Positions 23,830-33,985 of a stretch of DNA of 64,000 bases are shown piece by piece; position 1 is the first letter of the stretch; every line of letters starts with the position of its first letter. Under the pieces are notes generated by a model that did not search any database, was not told where the DNA came from, and saw nothing but the letters and a program-made list of their open reading frames with translations. The DNA lies in NCBI GenBank assembly GCA_963701855.1, contig CAVPBK010000005.1, positions 1-64,000 of the forward strand. The letters are read 5' to 3'. Origin of the DNA: Nitrospirota bacterium. GTDB taxonomy: Bacteria > Nitrospirota > Nitrospiria > Nitrospirales > Nitrospiraceae. Position numbers and translations under genes: made by a program.

Positions 23830-24247
23830 CGTGCAGTCCGGGCTTACTTGGGCGAGAGTGGCATCGTTCGCTTCGAAGATACCTACGGTCGTAGCTGGAG
23901 ATCCAACGCGTCCGCAGTCGGCGAACTTCTAAATAATCTGTCCCGAGAAGTATAGTTAGCGGCACGTTCCAGCAGGTCCTCGATTCACCCCAAGCCCTGA
24001 CATGTCGGGTCTTGCCACTTTTGCTACCAAGGACTGCCGGGGGGAGAGCCTGGATTGGGGGTCGCCGGGGAAACTTTGGCTTCGGCGTCAGGAACGGGAG
24101 GTTCCTCACATGAACCGTAGCTCAATTAGCTTAGCTCACCACGTGACTTAGAAATCGGCGGAAATTTCCCTTATCTTATTGGCTTTTCGCGCCAAGTCCT
24201 GAAGAATAGTGGGTTCTGTAAACTTGGCGAGCACCGCGAGGGGGTGA

Positions 24248-25708
24248 ATGGTGAAGAGATTCCTTCAGGCGATTGTCGTTTGGCTTTCCGGCAGCGCGCT
24301 GGCCCGCCAGCGAGCGTGGATGAGGTTCGCCATCATTCTGGCATTCCTGGGTACTTTGACGGTTGCGGGATGTTCGTCGTCATCTTCTCCGAGCGCGCAG
24401 CCCTCAGTTCCAGTTCCGAGCGCGGAACCTGTGTATCCTGTAAAACCTGGATCGACAGGCCGTTATCTCTTGGATCAAAATGGTGTTCCGTTCCTGATCC
24501 TCGGCGATTCGGCGCAAGCGATGATCGGCAATCTGAACGAAGCGGACGCCGAACTGTTCTTGTCCAACCGGAAACCCCAGGGGTTCAACACGGTATGGAT
24601 TAATTTGCTGTGCGCAAGCGGTACGGGATGCAACGCGGACGGGACCACCTTCGATGGCATCGCACCATTTACGGTCGGAAACGATTTGTCCACCTACGAT
24701 TTGTCTGCCCCCAATGAGGCGTACTTTGCCCGCGCGGACCGCATGCTTCAGTTAGCAGCAAAATATGGCTTCCTTGTCGTGCTGGACCCGGCTGAAACCA
24801 TCAGTTGGCTCAGTGTCTTGCGAAGAAACAATGACCTGGCCAAGGCCCGTGCCTACGGCCGGTGGCTCGGTATGCGTTACAAGGACTTCCCCAATATCAT
24901 GTGGATGAGCGGCAACGATTTCCAGAGCTGGCGCACCCTGAGCGATGATAGGCTGGTGCAAGAGGTTGCGCTGGGCATCAAGGATACCGATCCCCACCAC
25001 ATCCACACAGTCGAATTGGATAACCCCCTCTCGAGTTCGCTCGACGACATCTCTTGGGCGCCGATTATCTCCCTCAATGCAGCGTACACCTATAACCCCA
25101 CCTATGCCGAAGTGCTCCACGCGTACAACCAGTCCGCTTCCGTGCCCGTCTTCCGGGTGGAGTCCTTTTACGAGTCGTATGGCGGTATCACGCCGGCGAC
25201 ATTGCGACGCCAGGAGTACTGGACTTCCTTAAGCGGTGCAACCGGGCAGATTGCTGGAAATGTTTACACTACTCTTTTCCCGAACGGCTGGAAGAACCAG
25301 CTCAATACGCCCGGTGCCGTGCAGTTCGGGCATATGAAGACCCTCTTCGAACCGCGGGCCTGGTACGAACTCGTGCCGGACCAGGCCCACACCGTGGTGA
25401 CCGCCGGCTACGGCACCTTTTCATCCTCAGGCAGCATCGACGCCAATGACTATGTGACGGCCGCGCGGACGTCCAACGGGAAGTTGGTGATGGCCTATGT
25501 GCCTTCCGCCCGAACCGTCACGGTCGACATGAGTCAACTGAGCGGATCCGCGACCGCGCGCTGGTACGATCCGGTCGTGGGGACATTCACGAGCATCACG
25601 GGCTCCCCGTTCGCAAACACGAGCTCGAACAACTTCACGACGCCCGGGCTCAATGCGGGCGGGGACGAGGATTGGGTGCTCATTCTGGAGGTTCGACTGA
25701 CGGAGTGA
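24248..25708 (+). CDS. DUF4038 (apiosidase/GH140-like) lipoprotein with C-terminal collagen-binding-like domain
   Basis: Lipobox VAGC. RYLLDQNGVPFLILGDSA, PNEAYFARAD, YKDFPNIMWMSGND and ARWYDP...DWVLIL. Confidence 0.8.
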   Translation: MVKRFLQAIVVWLSGSALARQRAWMRFAIILAFLGTLTVAGCSSSSSPSAQPSVPVPSAEPVYPVKPGSTGRYLLDQNGVPFLILGDSAQAMIGNLNEADAELFLSNRKPQGFNTVWINLLCASGTGCNADGTTFDGIAPFTVGNDLSTYDLSAPNEAYFARADRMLQLAAKYGFLVVLDPAETISWLSVLRRNNDLAKARAYGRWLGMRYKDFPNIMWMSGNDFQSWRTLSDDRLVQEVALGIKDTDPHHIHTVELDNPLSSSLDDISWAPIISLNAAYTYNPTYAEVLHAYNQSASVPVFRVESFYESYGGITPATLRRQEYWTSLSGATGQIAGNVYTTLFPNGWKNQLNTPGAVQFGHMKTLFEPRAWYELVPDQAHTVVTAGYGTFSSSGSIDANDYVTAARTSNGKLVMAYVPSARTVTVDMSQLSGSATARWYDPVVGTFTSITGSPFANTSSNNFTTPGLNAGGDEDWVLILEVRLTE

Positions 25709-25819
25709 CTTCAGTGGCGAGCGCACATCCGTTATCCTGTGGCATCAGACTGATGGCACCAAGTAGGCCTGGAACACTACTGACGCTTCGATCATTGGGG
25801 GGTGGGTTAGATCGGCAGC

Positions 25820-26203
25820 TGGCAGTTTGTGAAATTCTCTCCGACTCGTAACCTTTGAGGTGTCGAAGAACGTTAAATCCGAGTTTTGCGATTTGAGTTC
25901 CGGGAGAGTTCGCTGCGCGGAGCGGACGTTAATCAAAAGCGGCTGTTCACATGCAGAACGTTTGTGGCTTTGTGCAAGACAAACATCCGCTGCGGCTGAT
26001 GTGCGAAATGGTGAAGACGGCGCTGAGAAAATGGTCGAACTGTTTGCCAGATGTATGCGGACTGCGGGCTCAAGTCCATTGTGCCGGAGCAACTGCTGCG
26101 AGGGCTGCTGTTTCAAGCGCTCTACTATAGGTTGAGGAGCGAGCTGCGGCTGTGCGAGCAGCTGAGTCATAACCGCTGGTTCATGGGCATCAGCCTGGCC
26201 TAG
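25820..26203 (+). mobile_element. IS5-like transposase 5' remnant
   Basis: Frameshifted RGADVNQ...HPLR...SIVPEQLLRGLLFQALY...RSELRLCEQL...RWFMG. Confidence 0.6.
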
Positions 26204-26213
26204 GAGCCGTGGG

Positions 26214-26400
26214 AGTAACCTGCACGGGCAAATTCTGTCCAGGTTGAATAATAGACTGGACCGCAACCAGGGTGGTCATTCCCAAGAAACGGTCTAGGCC
26301 CGAAGAGATTTTCAGCATCTGCGGCCGGTCGAACCGGTGACTAGCAACGGGCTGGCGGTGCTTGACGCCTGTCGGAAGCTCGGGATCACCGAGCAAATGT
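26214..26400 (+). mobile_element. IS3 orfA 5' remnant
   Basis: ...NGLAVLDACRKLGITEQ is homologous to orfA at 573-851. Confidence 0.6.
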
Positions 26401-26487
26401 GCGGGCGGGTAAGGCGGGTACTCATGCGGCCTCCACCATCCCTTGGAACGGGATTCCCCAGAGATAAAGGGTGTTTTGGCAAATCCC

Positions 26488-26510
26488 TTCAAGTCCCGTT
26501 GGGGACACCA
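26488..26510 (+). repeat. att core (attR-like): tRNA(Glu)-like 3' end, copy 2
   Basis: TTCAAGTCCCGTTGGGGACACCA includes the T-loop. No tRNA 5' half lies upstream. Confidence 0.85.
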
Positions 26511-26714
26511 ATCCTACCGTTTATTTCCGCTATACCCGACTCGCTGTTTCGGCGGTTTCATTCCGTTGAGTTTGTCGTGTGAGCTGGATAGACTAGAACA
26601 TTCATACAGGATAGCCGCGCGAGCCCTGGCTATCCACGTCACGCGTTACTCGCATATCTTGCTCGTCACGCGCCATGGTGCGTGGCCTGCCGAACTTTTC
26701 CAGCGACCTGTTCC

Positions 26715-27194
26715 ATGCCTGAACGATCTATCACACCCCTCATTATAGTTGCGCTGCTACTGGGAACGTGGCTGGCCCTTCGTTCCATTGAATCTTCTTC
26801 AGTGACGACGGCGCCTGTCCAATCGGTGCCATTGCTTGCCCCTGGCATGGTTCCGCTGGTCACTGGAGACGAACCGATCACAGAGATCTTTACAAGGGCC
26901 GGCTGCGCGGTGTGCCACAGCGTTCCAGGTATTCCGGGGGCTGATGGGCGCGTGGGGCCGCCTCTCCTATTAGGTGCCACGGGGCCTGTGCGATTGGCCG
27001 ATCCGGCGTACCGAGGTCATGCGAAGACGGTGCACGAGTACGTGATCGAATCGGTTCTCGAACCGGAACTGTTTGTCGTGCCTGGATATCCGGCCGGTAC
27101 GATGCCGACTTGGTATGGCATGAAACTCAGCGCTCTTGCGCTGGAGAGGATTGCGTCGCATCTTGAGCGGCAAGGGGCTACTGCGGTGCAGTAA
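26715..27194 (+). CDS. Monoheme cytochrome c, membrane-anchored
   Basis: N-terminal TM segment, CAVCH heme motif, GRVGPPL and a distal TMP methionine. Confidence 0.85.
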   Translation: MPERSITPLIIVALLLGTWLALRSIESSSVTTAPVQSVPLLAPGMVPLVTGDEPITEIFTRAGCAVCHSVPGIPGADGRVGPPLLLGATGPVRLADPAYRGHAKTVHEYVIESVLEPELFVVPGYPAGTMPTWYGMKLSALALERIASHLERQGATAVQ

Positions 27195-27429
27195 GCGCAG
27201 CGATCCTCACCGGATTGGTAATGAGGCTCGTGATGGTGACGGGGCTAGACAGAATTATTCATGAAGATTCGTTGCGAAAGCGTGCAGTCGCGAAGAGAGA
27301 CGCGCACTCAGAGGCGTGAAGCCCTAATGCATACTTGTGCAGTATGTTGAAGGTCCGAATGGCGAGACTGCCTGTCATTGCTGCACATACGCGCTTGCAG
27401 CAGAAGTGTCATGGATAATGCGGGCTTAC

Positions 27430-29202
27430 GGCTGTAGAGAAACTCACTTCTGGTTACCTATTAGTGCCTCTGAGCTGATTTGTTTGAATTGCCATCAGCA
27501 AATCTCAAATCTTCACGCTTAACTGAACCAGATCTCGTCGATGACACCTGTCGATCCCATACCCGTGACCCAGGTCATAACCAGGGCTGTGTTCACCCGT
27601 GTTTTGCCCTCACCTTCCATAACCATGATGCGCCAGTTTTTCAATGTTGTGCATTAGGCAATACAGCTTCCATTGCCAGTCCACTTTCTGTTGGCCACGC
27701 AGGCTGAAGCGGCAGAGACGTTTATTCTCGCGTAGGTTGCCAAATACCGGCTCCCCTGTGGCAAAACTGCGCGTAATCATGCGTCGGCCCGTATCCGAGG
27801 CGATCCTTGTCTTTATCCGGTCGGTGACACTCGTATGCCCTGGGCGTTTGCTCTGAAAGAAGGCGACCTGTCGGATCTTTGTCTTCTCCGGGGTGCGCAA
27901 ACATTCGTGCCGCCGCGCACAGGGGAGGCAATCCTGTTCCGCTCCGCGAAACTTGATCGCCGCAAACCCATTGAATGTGCAGTTCGAACCATTGCCATAG
28001 AGCCGCTTTCCAGCGGGGCAGGTGCAGTGTGTGCGATCCTCCGCCAGCTGGAAGTCCTGCGGTGTAAATCGCGGCATCCCGCCAGTCGTCTTGGCTTTGT
28101 TCCAGAGCGGATCAGGCTTGGCGGTGTGGATGGCCTGGTCGGCATAACGCTCGTCCCGTTTTCGGTAGCCGTTGTCGGGGATATAGGCTTCGATGGAAGT
28201 TTCGACGAGCGCCTTCAGATTGGCCTCAGAATGATAGCCTGCATCGGCGGTCATCACGGTCTCTGGGGTACGTACTGCTGCGGTGGCCTTGACGAGGGGG
28301 AGCAACAGTGCATGCTCTGATCCGGTGCCGTGGGCTGGGCCTCCAGGATGATCTGGGTCTTCTCATCGACCGCGGCAACACCGGTATACCCTTGGATCAC
28401 GCACTTGCTGGTGGCCATCTTGGCTGATTCGTTGTCGGTGTGGTTCGACAGGCGCACGGCGCCTTTGGCACCGGTGCGGTCTTCGGGGTGCGTCTTGAGC
28501 CAGTCGCGTAATTGACTGGCTTCCTTGTGCAGACGTTCCAGCTGGAGCACCTCACGCTTGACGAGCAATTCATCAGTGGGAGCCGTATCGGCATGCTTCT
28601 GCTGCGCAATCATCTTTTGAGTCGCCGCCTCCATTTTGTCCAGTTGGCGTTGATAGTCTGCACGGGTGCCACTCTTTTGTTTACTGGCGTTACTGGGGAG
28701 TTTCACACCATCAATGGCAAACATTTCACCACCAATCAAGCCTTGTCGGTTACAGACCAGCAACACCTGGACGAACAGGCTGGCCACGCCCTCCCCCCAT
28801 TTCGGAGACACAGGCGGCCAGTGTGGTGAAATGCGGTTGGCTGTCACCCTACACGGCGATGAACAGCACGTTCTCGCGGCAGGCATGTTCCATTTTGCGA
28901 CTGCTGATGATACTGCGGTTATCGGCTAACAGGATGATTTTGATGAGAGCCGCGGGCCGCAGCACCTTCGTCGTCGTTCTTGTAGCGGGAGTGGAATTCG
29001 TTGAGGTCAAGTTCGTGATCAACCAAGTGGCAGAGGGCATGTTCAAAACTACCAGGAATCACCTGCTGGTCAAAATCCACTGGTAGAAGTTTCAGCCCTG
29101 TGTGAATGGGTATATATCGAGCCATCCCAACGCCCTCCCCATGAAATTCGGTACGGCTAATTATCTCATGGAAGGTAAGGTCCTGGGAGTTTTCCTACAG
29201 CC
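27430..29202 (-). mobile_element. IS1182-family element with frameshifted transposase (27610-29125)
   Basis: IRs GGCTGTAG(A/G)(G/A)AAACTC. Motifs FAIDGVKLPSNAS, TDNESAKM, ADAGYHSE and EPVFGNLRENK. Confidence 0.85.
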
Positions 29203-30378
29203 TCAACGTTTACGCAAAGGGGTCACGTTTCCTGAGACTCCTCCCTGGATCTTGAAGGCAGCGGTCGTGGGGTCACCCGGTTTTTTGTCGAGGAGTGCGT
29301 TGATCGCATCGTCCCCTCGAAGACCTTCGAGCTTGATCTTGAGACGGAGATTGTTGGCGCTATCGGCATTGATCAAGGCTTGTTCGAGCGAAATCCGTTC
29401 CTCCTTATACAGTTGGAATAAGACGTGGTCGAACGTCTGACAGCCTTCTTCCACTCCTTGCTCCATCGCTTCCTTGAGTAAATCGACCTCGGCCTTCTTG
29501 ATGAGATCTTTAATGCGGGGCGTGTCGAGCATAATTTCCAGCGCAGGGGCTCGTTTCCCGTCTACGGATGGTATGAGCCGTTGTGAGATGATGGCGCGAA
29601 GATTGAGCGACAATTGGAGGTAGATCTGTGCATGCCGCTCTACCGGGAAAAAGTTCATGATGCGCTCGATGGCTTGGTTCGCATTGTTTGAGTGGAGGGT
29701 GCCAATGCAGAGGTGCCCAGTTTCGGCGAAGGTGATCGCGGCTTCCATCGTTTCCGTGTCCCGAACTTCGCCGATCAAGATCACATCCGGCGCTTGCCGC
29801 AGTGTATTCTTGAGTGCATTTTGAAATGAGAGCGTGTCGAAGCCGACTTCTCGCTGAGTAATGAGCGATCGCTTATGATTGTGGACGAACTCGATCGGGT
29901 CTTCCACGGTTACGATATGGCCGGGATGGATGGTATTGCGGTGGTCGATCATGGCTGCGAGCGTGGTAGATTTTCCGGAACCGGTGGCTCCGACTACCAA
30001 CACCAACCCACGTTTCGTCATGGAGATATCTTTTACAATCAGAGGCAAGCCCAGCTGCTCGACGGTTTGGATCTCGGCTTTGATATGCCGAAAGACCAAG
30101 CCGACATTTCCGCGCTGTCGAAAGATATTGACACGGAAACGGCCGAGCTCTTTGTAGTAGAGCGCCAAGTTCATTTCCATCTTTTCCTCGAATTCCCCGC
30201 GCTGCTGACCGCGCATGAGCGCCAGCGCAAGGGCTTCGAGTTGTTCATTGGTAAAGGGCGGCGCGTTGGTTTGTTGTGTCGAGCCATGGACGCGATAGGC
30301 GGGAGCCGAATCGACGGTCAGGTAGAGGTCTGACGCTTCTTGATCCACCATGACTTTCAAGAGACTGCGCACATCCAT
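29203..30378 (-). CDS. pilU: Type IV pilus retraction ATPase PilU
   Basis: GATGSGKST, LRQAPDVILIGE and TLHSNNANQAIERI. Lies downstream of pilT. Confidence 0.9.
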   Translation of the reverse strand: MDVRSLLKVMVDQEASDLYLTVDSAPAYRVHGSTQQTNAPPFTNEQLEALALALMRGQQRGEFEEKMEMNLALYYKELGRFRVNIFRQRGNVGLVFRHIKAEIQTVEQLGLPLIVKDISMTKRGLVLVVGATGSGKSTTLAAMIDHRNTIHPGHIVTVEDPIEFVHNHKRSLITQREVGFDTLSFQNALKNTLRQAPDVILIGEVRDTETMEAAITFAETGHLCIGTLHSNNANQAIERIMNFFPVERHAQIYLQLSLNLRAIISQRLIPSVDGKRAPALEIMLDTPRIKDLIKKAEVDLLKEAMEQGVEEGCQTFDHVLFQLYKEERISLEQALINADSANNLRLKIKLEGLRGDDAINALLDKKPGDPTTAAFKIQGGVSGNVTPLRKR

Positions 30379-30415
30379 TTCTACCCCCGTTTCCGTGCCA
30401 GGTATTTCAGGAATT

Positions 30416-31474
30416 CTACGCTGCGCCGCTTATTGGAGACCCAAACAGATTGGGATTCATGCTGCGCGATTGGGCTTCGCCCTTCGTGACAACCCCACGG
30501 GTTGCTAATTCAAATAGCGCCATGTCCATCGTTTGCATGCCGTCTTTCTGACTGGCCTGCATGACTCCGGGAATCTGGTGCAACTTACCCTCTCGGACCA
30601 GATTTCGGACCGCGGTCGTGGCGACCATGATTTCGAGGGCGGCAACGCGTCCGCCTGATTTTTTCTTCAGCAGAGTCTGCGTGATGACCGCTTCCAAGGC
30701 TTCGGCGACCTGTGCCCGAATCTGGGACTGTTGGTTGGGGGGGAAGGCATCGATGATGCGGTCGATGGTTTTAGGCGCGCTGGAGGTGTGGAGCGTGCCG
30801 AAGACCAAGTGGCCCGTTTCCGCGGCAGTTAACGCGAGTTGGATGGTTTCCAGATCGCGCATTTCGCCCACAAGGATGATGTCAGGATCTTCGCGAAGAG
30901 CGGCTCTCAGCGCATTCGCAAACGATAGGGTATGGACGCCCAGCTCCCGCTGGTTGACCAGGCATTTTTTCGACTTGTGGACGAATTCGACTGGATCTTC
31001 GATGGTGAGGATGTGGCCTTCGAAAGTGTTGTTCAAATAATCGACCATGGAGGCCAGCGTCGTTGATTTACCGGACCCGGTTGGGCCGGTCACAAGGATC
31101 AGCCCTTTTTCCCGATCGCAGAGTTGCCGCACGATCGGAGGCAGGCCGAGCTTCTCCATGGGAATGATTTGTGTGGGAATGTTTCGGAAGACGGCGCCAA
31201 GCCCACGGGATTGGACGAAGACATTGACGCGGAATCGGGCGATGTCGCCCAGTTCAAAGGAGAAGTCGCATTCGCGCTTTTCCTCGAAATTTTTTCGTTG
31301 GGCATCGCTCATCATGTCATAGATCAGCGAGTGCGTTTCTTCCGTGTTCAGTGGGGGATGGTCCAGTTTCTTGAGGTCTCCGTTCACACGAATCATCGGT
31401 GGCTCGCCGGCGCTGATGTGACAATCCGATGCGCCCTCCTTTGCCGTGTAGGTTAAAAGCTTCGCAATATCCAT
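30416..31474 (-). CDS. pilT: Type IV pilus retraction ATPase PilT
   Basis: GPTGSGKST, LREDPDIILVGE, AVRNLVRE and GMQTMD. Confidence 0.95.
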   Translation of the reverse strand: MDIAKLLTYTAKEGASDCHISAGEPPMIRVNGDLKKLDHPPLNTEETHSLIYDMMSDAQRKNFEEKRECDFSFELGDIARFRVNVFVQSRGLGAVFRNIPTQIIPMEKLGLPPIVRQLCDREKGLILVTGPTGSGKSTTLASMVDYLNNTFEGHILTIEDPVEFVHKSKKCLVNQRELGVHTLSFANALRAALREDPDIILVGEMRDLETIQLALTAAETGHLVFGTLHTSSAPKTIDRIIDAFPPNQQSQIRAQVAEALEAVITQTLLKKKSGGRVAALEIMVATTAVRNLVREGKLHQIPGVMQASQKDGMQTMDMALFELATRGVVTKGEAQSRSMNPNLFGSPISGAA

Positions 31475-31635
31475 GAAGAGGACTCCCTTGGCAGTAAAGA
31501 ACAGTGCGATGATGGTTTGTCGGATCGCAAGTTGCTTGAGGCATCATGCCACAGGGTGATGAGAAAGCAAGGAAATAGCCGCAAGCAGCTGCGTGAATGC
31601 TTTGGTGGTTTAGTGCAGAGAGGTGAGAGCTTCGA

Positions 31636-32796
31636 TCAGATCAGCCCCGCCGATTGCCCTGCGCGTTGAAACGCGTCAAGGGCTTGGTCGATGTGGTCGG
31701 GGAGATGTTCGGATGTCACCGTGACTCGGACACGGCTGGTGGCTTCCGGAACGGTAGGAGGCCGAATCGCCGGCGCATACACCCCTTCTGCGAACAGGTG
31801 TTCGGCTAACGAGAGCGCGGTTTTAGCATTGCCGACGAGGATTGGCATGATTGGACTGACGCTGGAGGATAGGCTGAATCCCAATTGGGTCAATCCTGAG
31901 AACAATCGTTCACGGTTGGCCCACAGGCGTGCACGCCGTTCCGGCTCCCGCTGTATGACTCGCAATGCTGCCGTGACGGCAGCAGCCGAACTTGGTGGGG
32001 CCGCCGTGGTAAAGATGAAGGACCTGCTTGTGTTCATGAGATAGCGGATCATCATCGAGGACCCGACAAGGTAGGCGCCACTGCTGCCGAAGGCCTTGCC
32101 CAAGGTCCCCATCTGAAACGGGATCTGTGAGTCGAGGCCGAAATGTTCGGCAGTCCCTCGTCCGTGCGGCCCCATCACGCCTGTGCCATGGGCGTCATCG
32201 ATATAGATGTCGGCCTCATAGTCCTTGGCTAATCGACAGAGTTCTGGCAACGGTGCAAGGTCTCCGTCCATACTGAATAGGCCGTCGGTCACAATCAGGG
32301 TGCGGCGTGCCTGGCGTTTCTTGGCCAGAAGGGACTGGAGGTGGCTGGTATCCTTGTGGCGATAGATTCGAAAGTCGGCTGCGCTGAGACGGCAGCCGTC
32401 GATCAGGCTGGCATGGCACAGGCGATCTGCCAGGATCAGTCCGCCTTGTTCAGTCAGTGCGGGGATCGTTCCAATGTTAGCAAGGTAGCCGGAGCTAAAT
32501 GTCAGTGCGGCTTCGGTTCCTTTGAACTGTGCCAGGGCAGACTCTAGTTCTTGATGTGGCGGCAACGAACCGGAGATCAACCGAGAGGCTCCAGCTCCGG
32601 CCCCAAACCGTTGTGTCGCCTCGACGGCAGACTGAATCACTTCCGGGTGCATGGCCAGGCCCAAATAGTCGTTCGAGGCAAATAGAAGAATCTGGCGTCC
32701 GTCTACTTCAACTACCGGCCCAACGCCGGAATGAAGTGGAGTGAGGCGTCTGGTCAGATGCCTCGCGGCCAATTCCCGTAGTTGTTTTTCAAACAT
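31636..32796 (-). CDS. bioF: 8-amino-7-oxononanoate synthase
   Basis: ASNDYLGL, HASLIDG, DGLFSMDGD, DDAHG, GTLGKA and AIRPPTVP. Confidence 0.92.
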   Translation of the reverse strand: MFEKQLRELAARHLTRRLTPLHSGVGPVVEVDGRQILLFASNDYLGLAMHPEVIQSAVEATQRFGAGAGASRLISGSLPPHQELESALAQFKGTEAALTFSSGYLANIGTIPALTEQGGLILADRLCHASLIDGCRLSAADFRIYRHKDTSHLQSLLAKKRQARRTLIVTDGLFSMDGDLAPLPELCRLAKDYEADIYIDDAHGTGVMGPHGRGTAEHFGLDSQIPFQMGTLGKAFGSSGAYLVGSSMMIRYLMNTSRSFIFTTAAPPSSAAAVTAALRVIQREPERRARLWANRERLFSGLTQLGFSLSSSVSPIMPILVGNAKTALSLAEHLFAEGVYAPAIRPPTVPEATSRVRVTVTSEHLPDHIDQALDAFQRAGQSAGLI

Positions 32797-32944
32797 GCAT
32801 GTGACCAGACATTAAGAATAGGAGCTGGTGTGCCTTCTGAGAACCGACACCCAGCCGCCTCATTGACAAGCTCGTGACATCCTTAGTATAAGGCCCGATC
32901 ACAATTTGAGGAAACGGGCACCGCTCTCCCTGACGAATCCATCC

Positions 32945-33757
32945 ATGAGCTACCGTATCAAGGTCCCGGCGAAAACTCTTCCGGTCGATGAAGCTCACAT
33001 GTTGAGTTCGCTGGACCATGCGCTGCATAGGGCAGGGGGTTATCGGCGCCCCTTGCTGGTCGGCCTGGGAGTGCTGGTGCTAGCGGCTGCCGTGGTCGGA
33101 GGAGTGTTTTATGTCGATCGTCAGGCAGCGCAGAAAGCCCAAAACCTTGAACAAGAAGCGATGCGCTTCTTAACCGCTCCTTCTGCAAACGACCCTCAGA
33201 AGGCCGATCACGCGCTCAAGGAAGCGATCGCGAGGTATCGGCAAATTGTCGATCAATATCCACGAACCTCCACAGCGCCACTGGCCTTGTATCATTTGGG
33301 AAATGCATTGGTCCAGGCCAATGAACTGAGCGCAGCGATTGGTGCCTATCAACAATTTCTCACATTATACAGTTCGAATCCCTCAATGGCTGGGTTGGTG
33401 CAACAACGCCTGGCCTATGTGTACTTGCACAAGGGAGACCGGGACCAGGCAATGAAGGCATTCACTGGCATCTTGGAAACGCCTGGTACGTTGAACCGGG
33501 ATCAGGCGTTATTCGAGCTGGCGAGGCTGGAAGAGTCCCAATCGCGTCCCGAGGGAGCCTTGGCTCGCTATCAAGAACTGATAAAGACCTATCCAAACTC
33601 TCCCTTCACCAGTGAAGCGACGATTCGGACAAAAATCATGGATGCCATGAAGTCACAAGAGTCAACCCCTGCCTCGGTGTCGACAACTCCGGTCATTGTC
33701 CCATCACAGAAAAGTCCGCTGGCTCCTCCTTCCTCAGCAGCCAAGAAAAAATCATAG
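32945..33757 (+). CDS. Membrane-anchored TPR protein (YfgM-like)
   Basis: One TM segment followed by TPR motifs (YPRTSTAPLALYHLG, YPNSPF). Confidence 0.75.
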   Translation: MSYRIKVPAKTLPVDEAHMLSSLDHALHRAGGYRRPLLVGLGVLVLAAAVVGGVFYVDRQAAQKAQNLEQEAMRFLTAPSANDPQKADHALKEAIARYRQIVDQYPRTSTAPLALYHLGNALVQANELSAAIGAYQQFLTLYSSNPSMAGLVQQRLAYVYLHKGDRDQAMKAFTGILETPGTLNRDQALFELARLEESQSRPEGALARYQELIKTYPNSPFTSEATIRTKIMDAMKSQESTPASVSTTPVIVPSQKSPLAPPSSAAKKKS

Positions 33758-33942
33758 CAGTCTGCTGAAAAATTCCGTCAGCGTCGTTCTTGCCTCTCTC
33801 CGCAGAACCATAGAACCATGAACCGAGAGTCAGCCTCGGAGTTGCGGACTTGCTAGGGACAAGGCGCGTCCCAGGGCAAAGAGTCTGGCTTGGCAGACTC
33901 AGGGTGTGCGGGTGAGATGTCTGGTTTTTTTGAGCAGCCTGC
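33757..33942. repeat. MITE-like intergenic element, copy A
   Basis: TIRs GCAGTCTGCTGAAAAA and TTTTTGAGCAGCCTGC. Internal similarity to 57966-58194. Confidence 0.7.
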
Positions 33943-33985
33943 GGGAGTATTCCATTCTGCGGATCGCAGAAAGAGGAGATCGTCT

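Larger units (their letters stand above)
11418..26510. mobile_element. Decayed ~15-kb tRNA-targeting integrative island (second unit of a tandem array)
   Basis: Bounded by direct repeats of the tRNA 3' end. Integrase remnant at the left end; conserved TSCPD-start arm at the right end. Confidence 0.7.

Noticed and set aside
26440..26510. Complete tRNA gene
   Set aside because: Only the T-loop to CCA is tRNA-like. There is no GTCCCCA 5' strand, D arm or anticodon arm upstream; the same applies at 11400.
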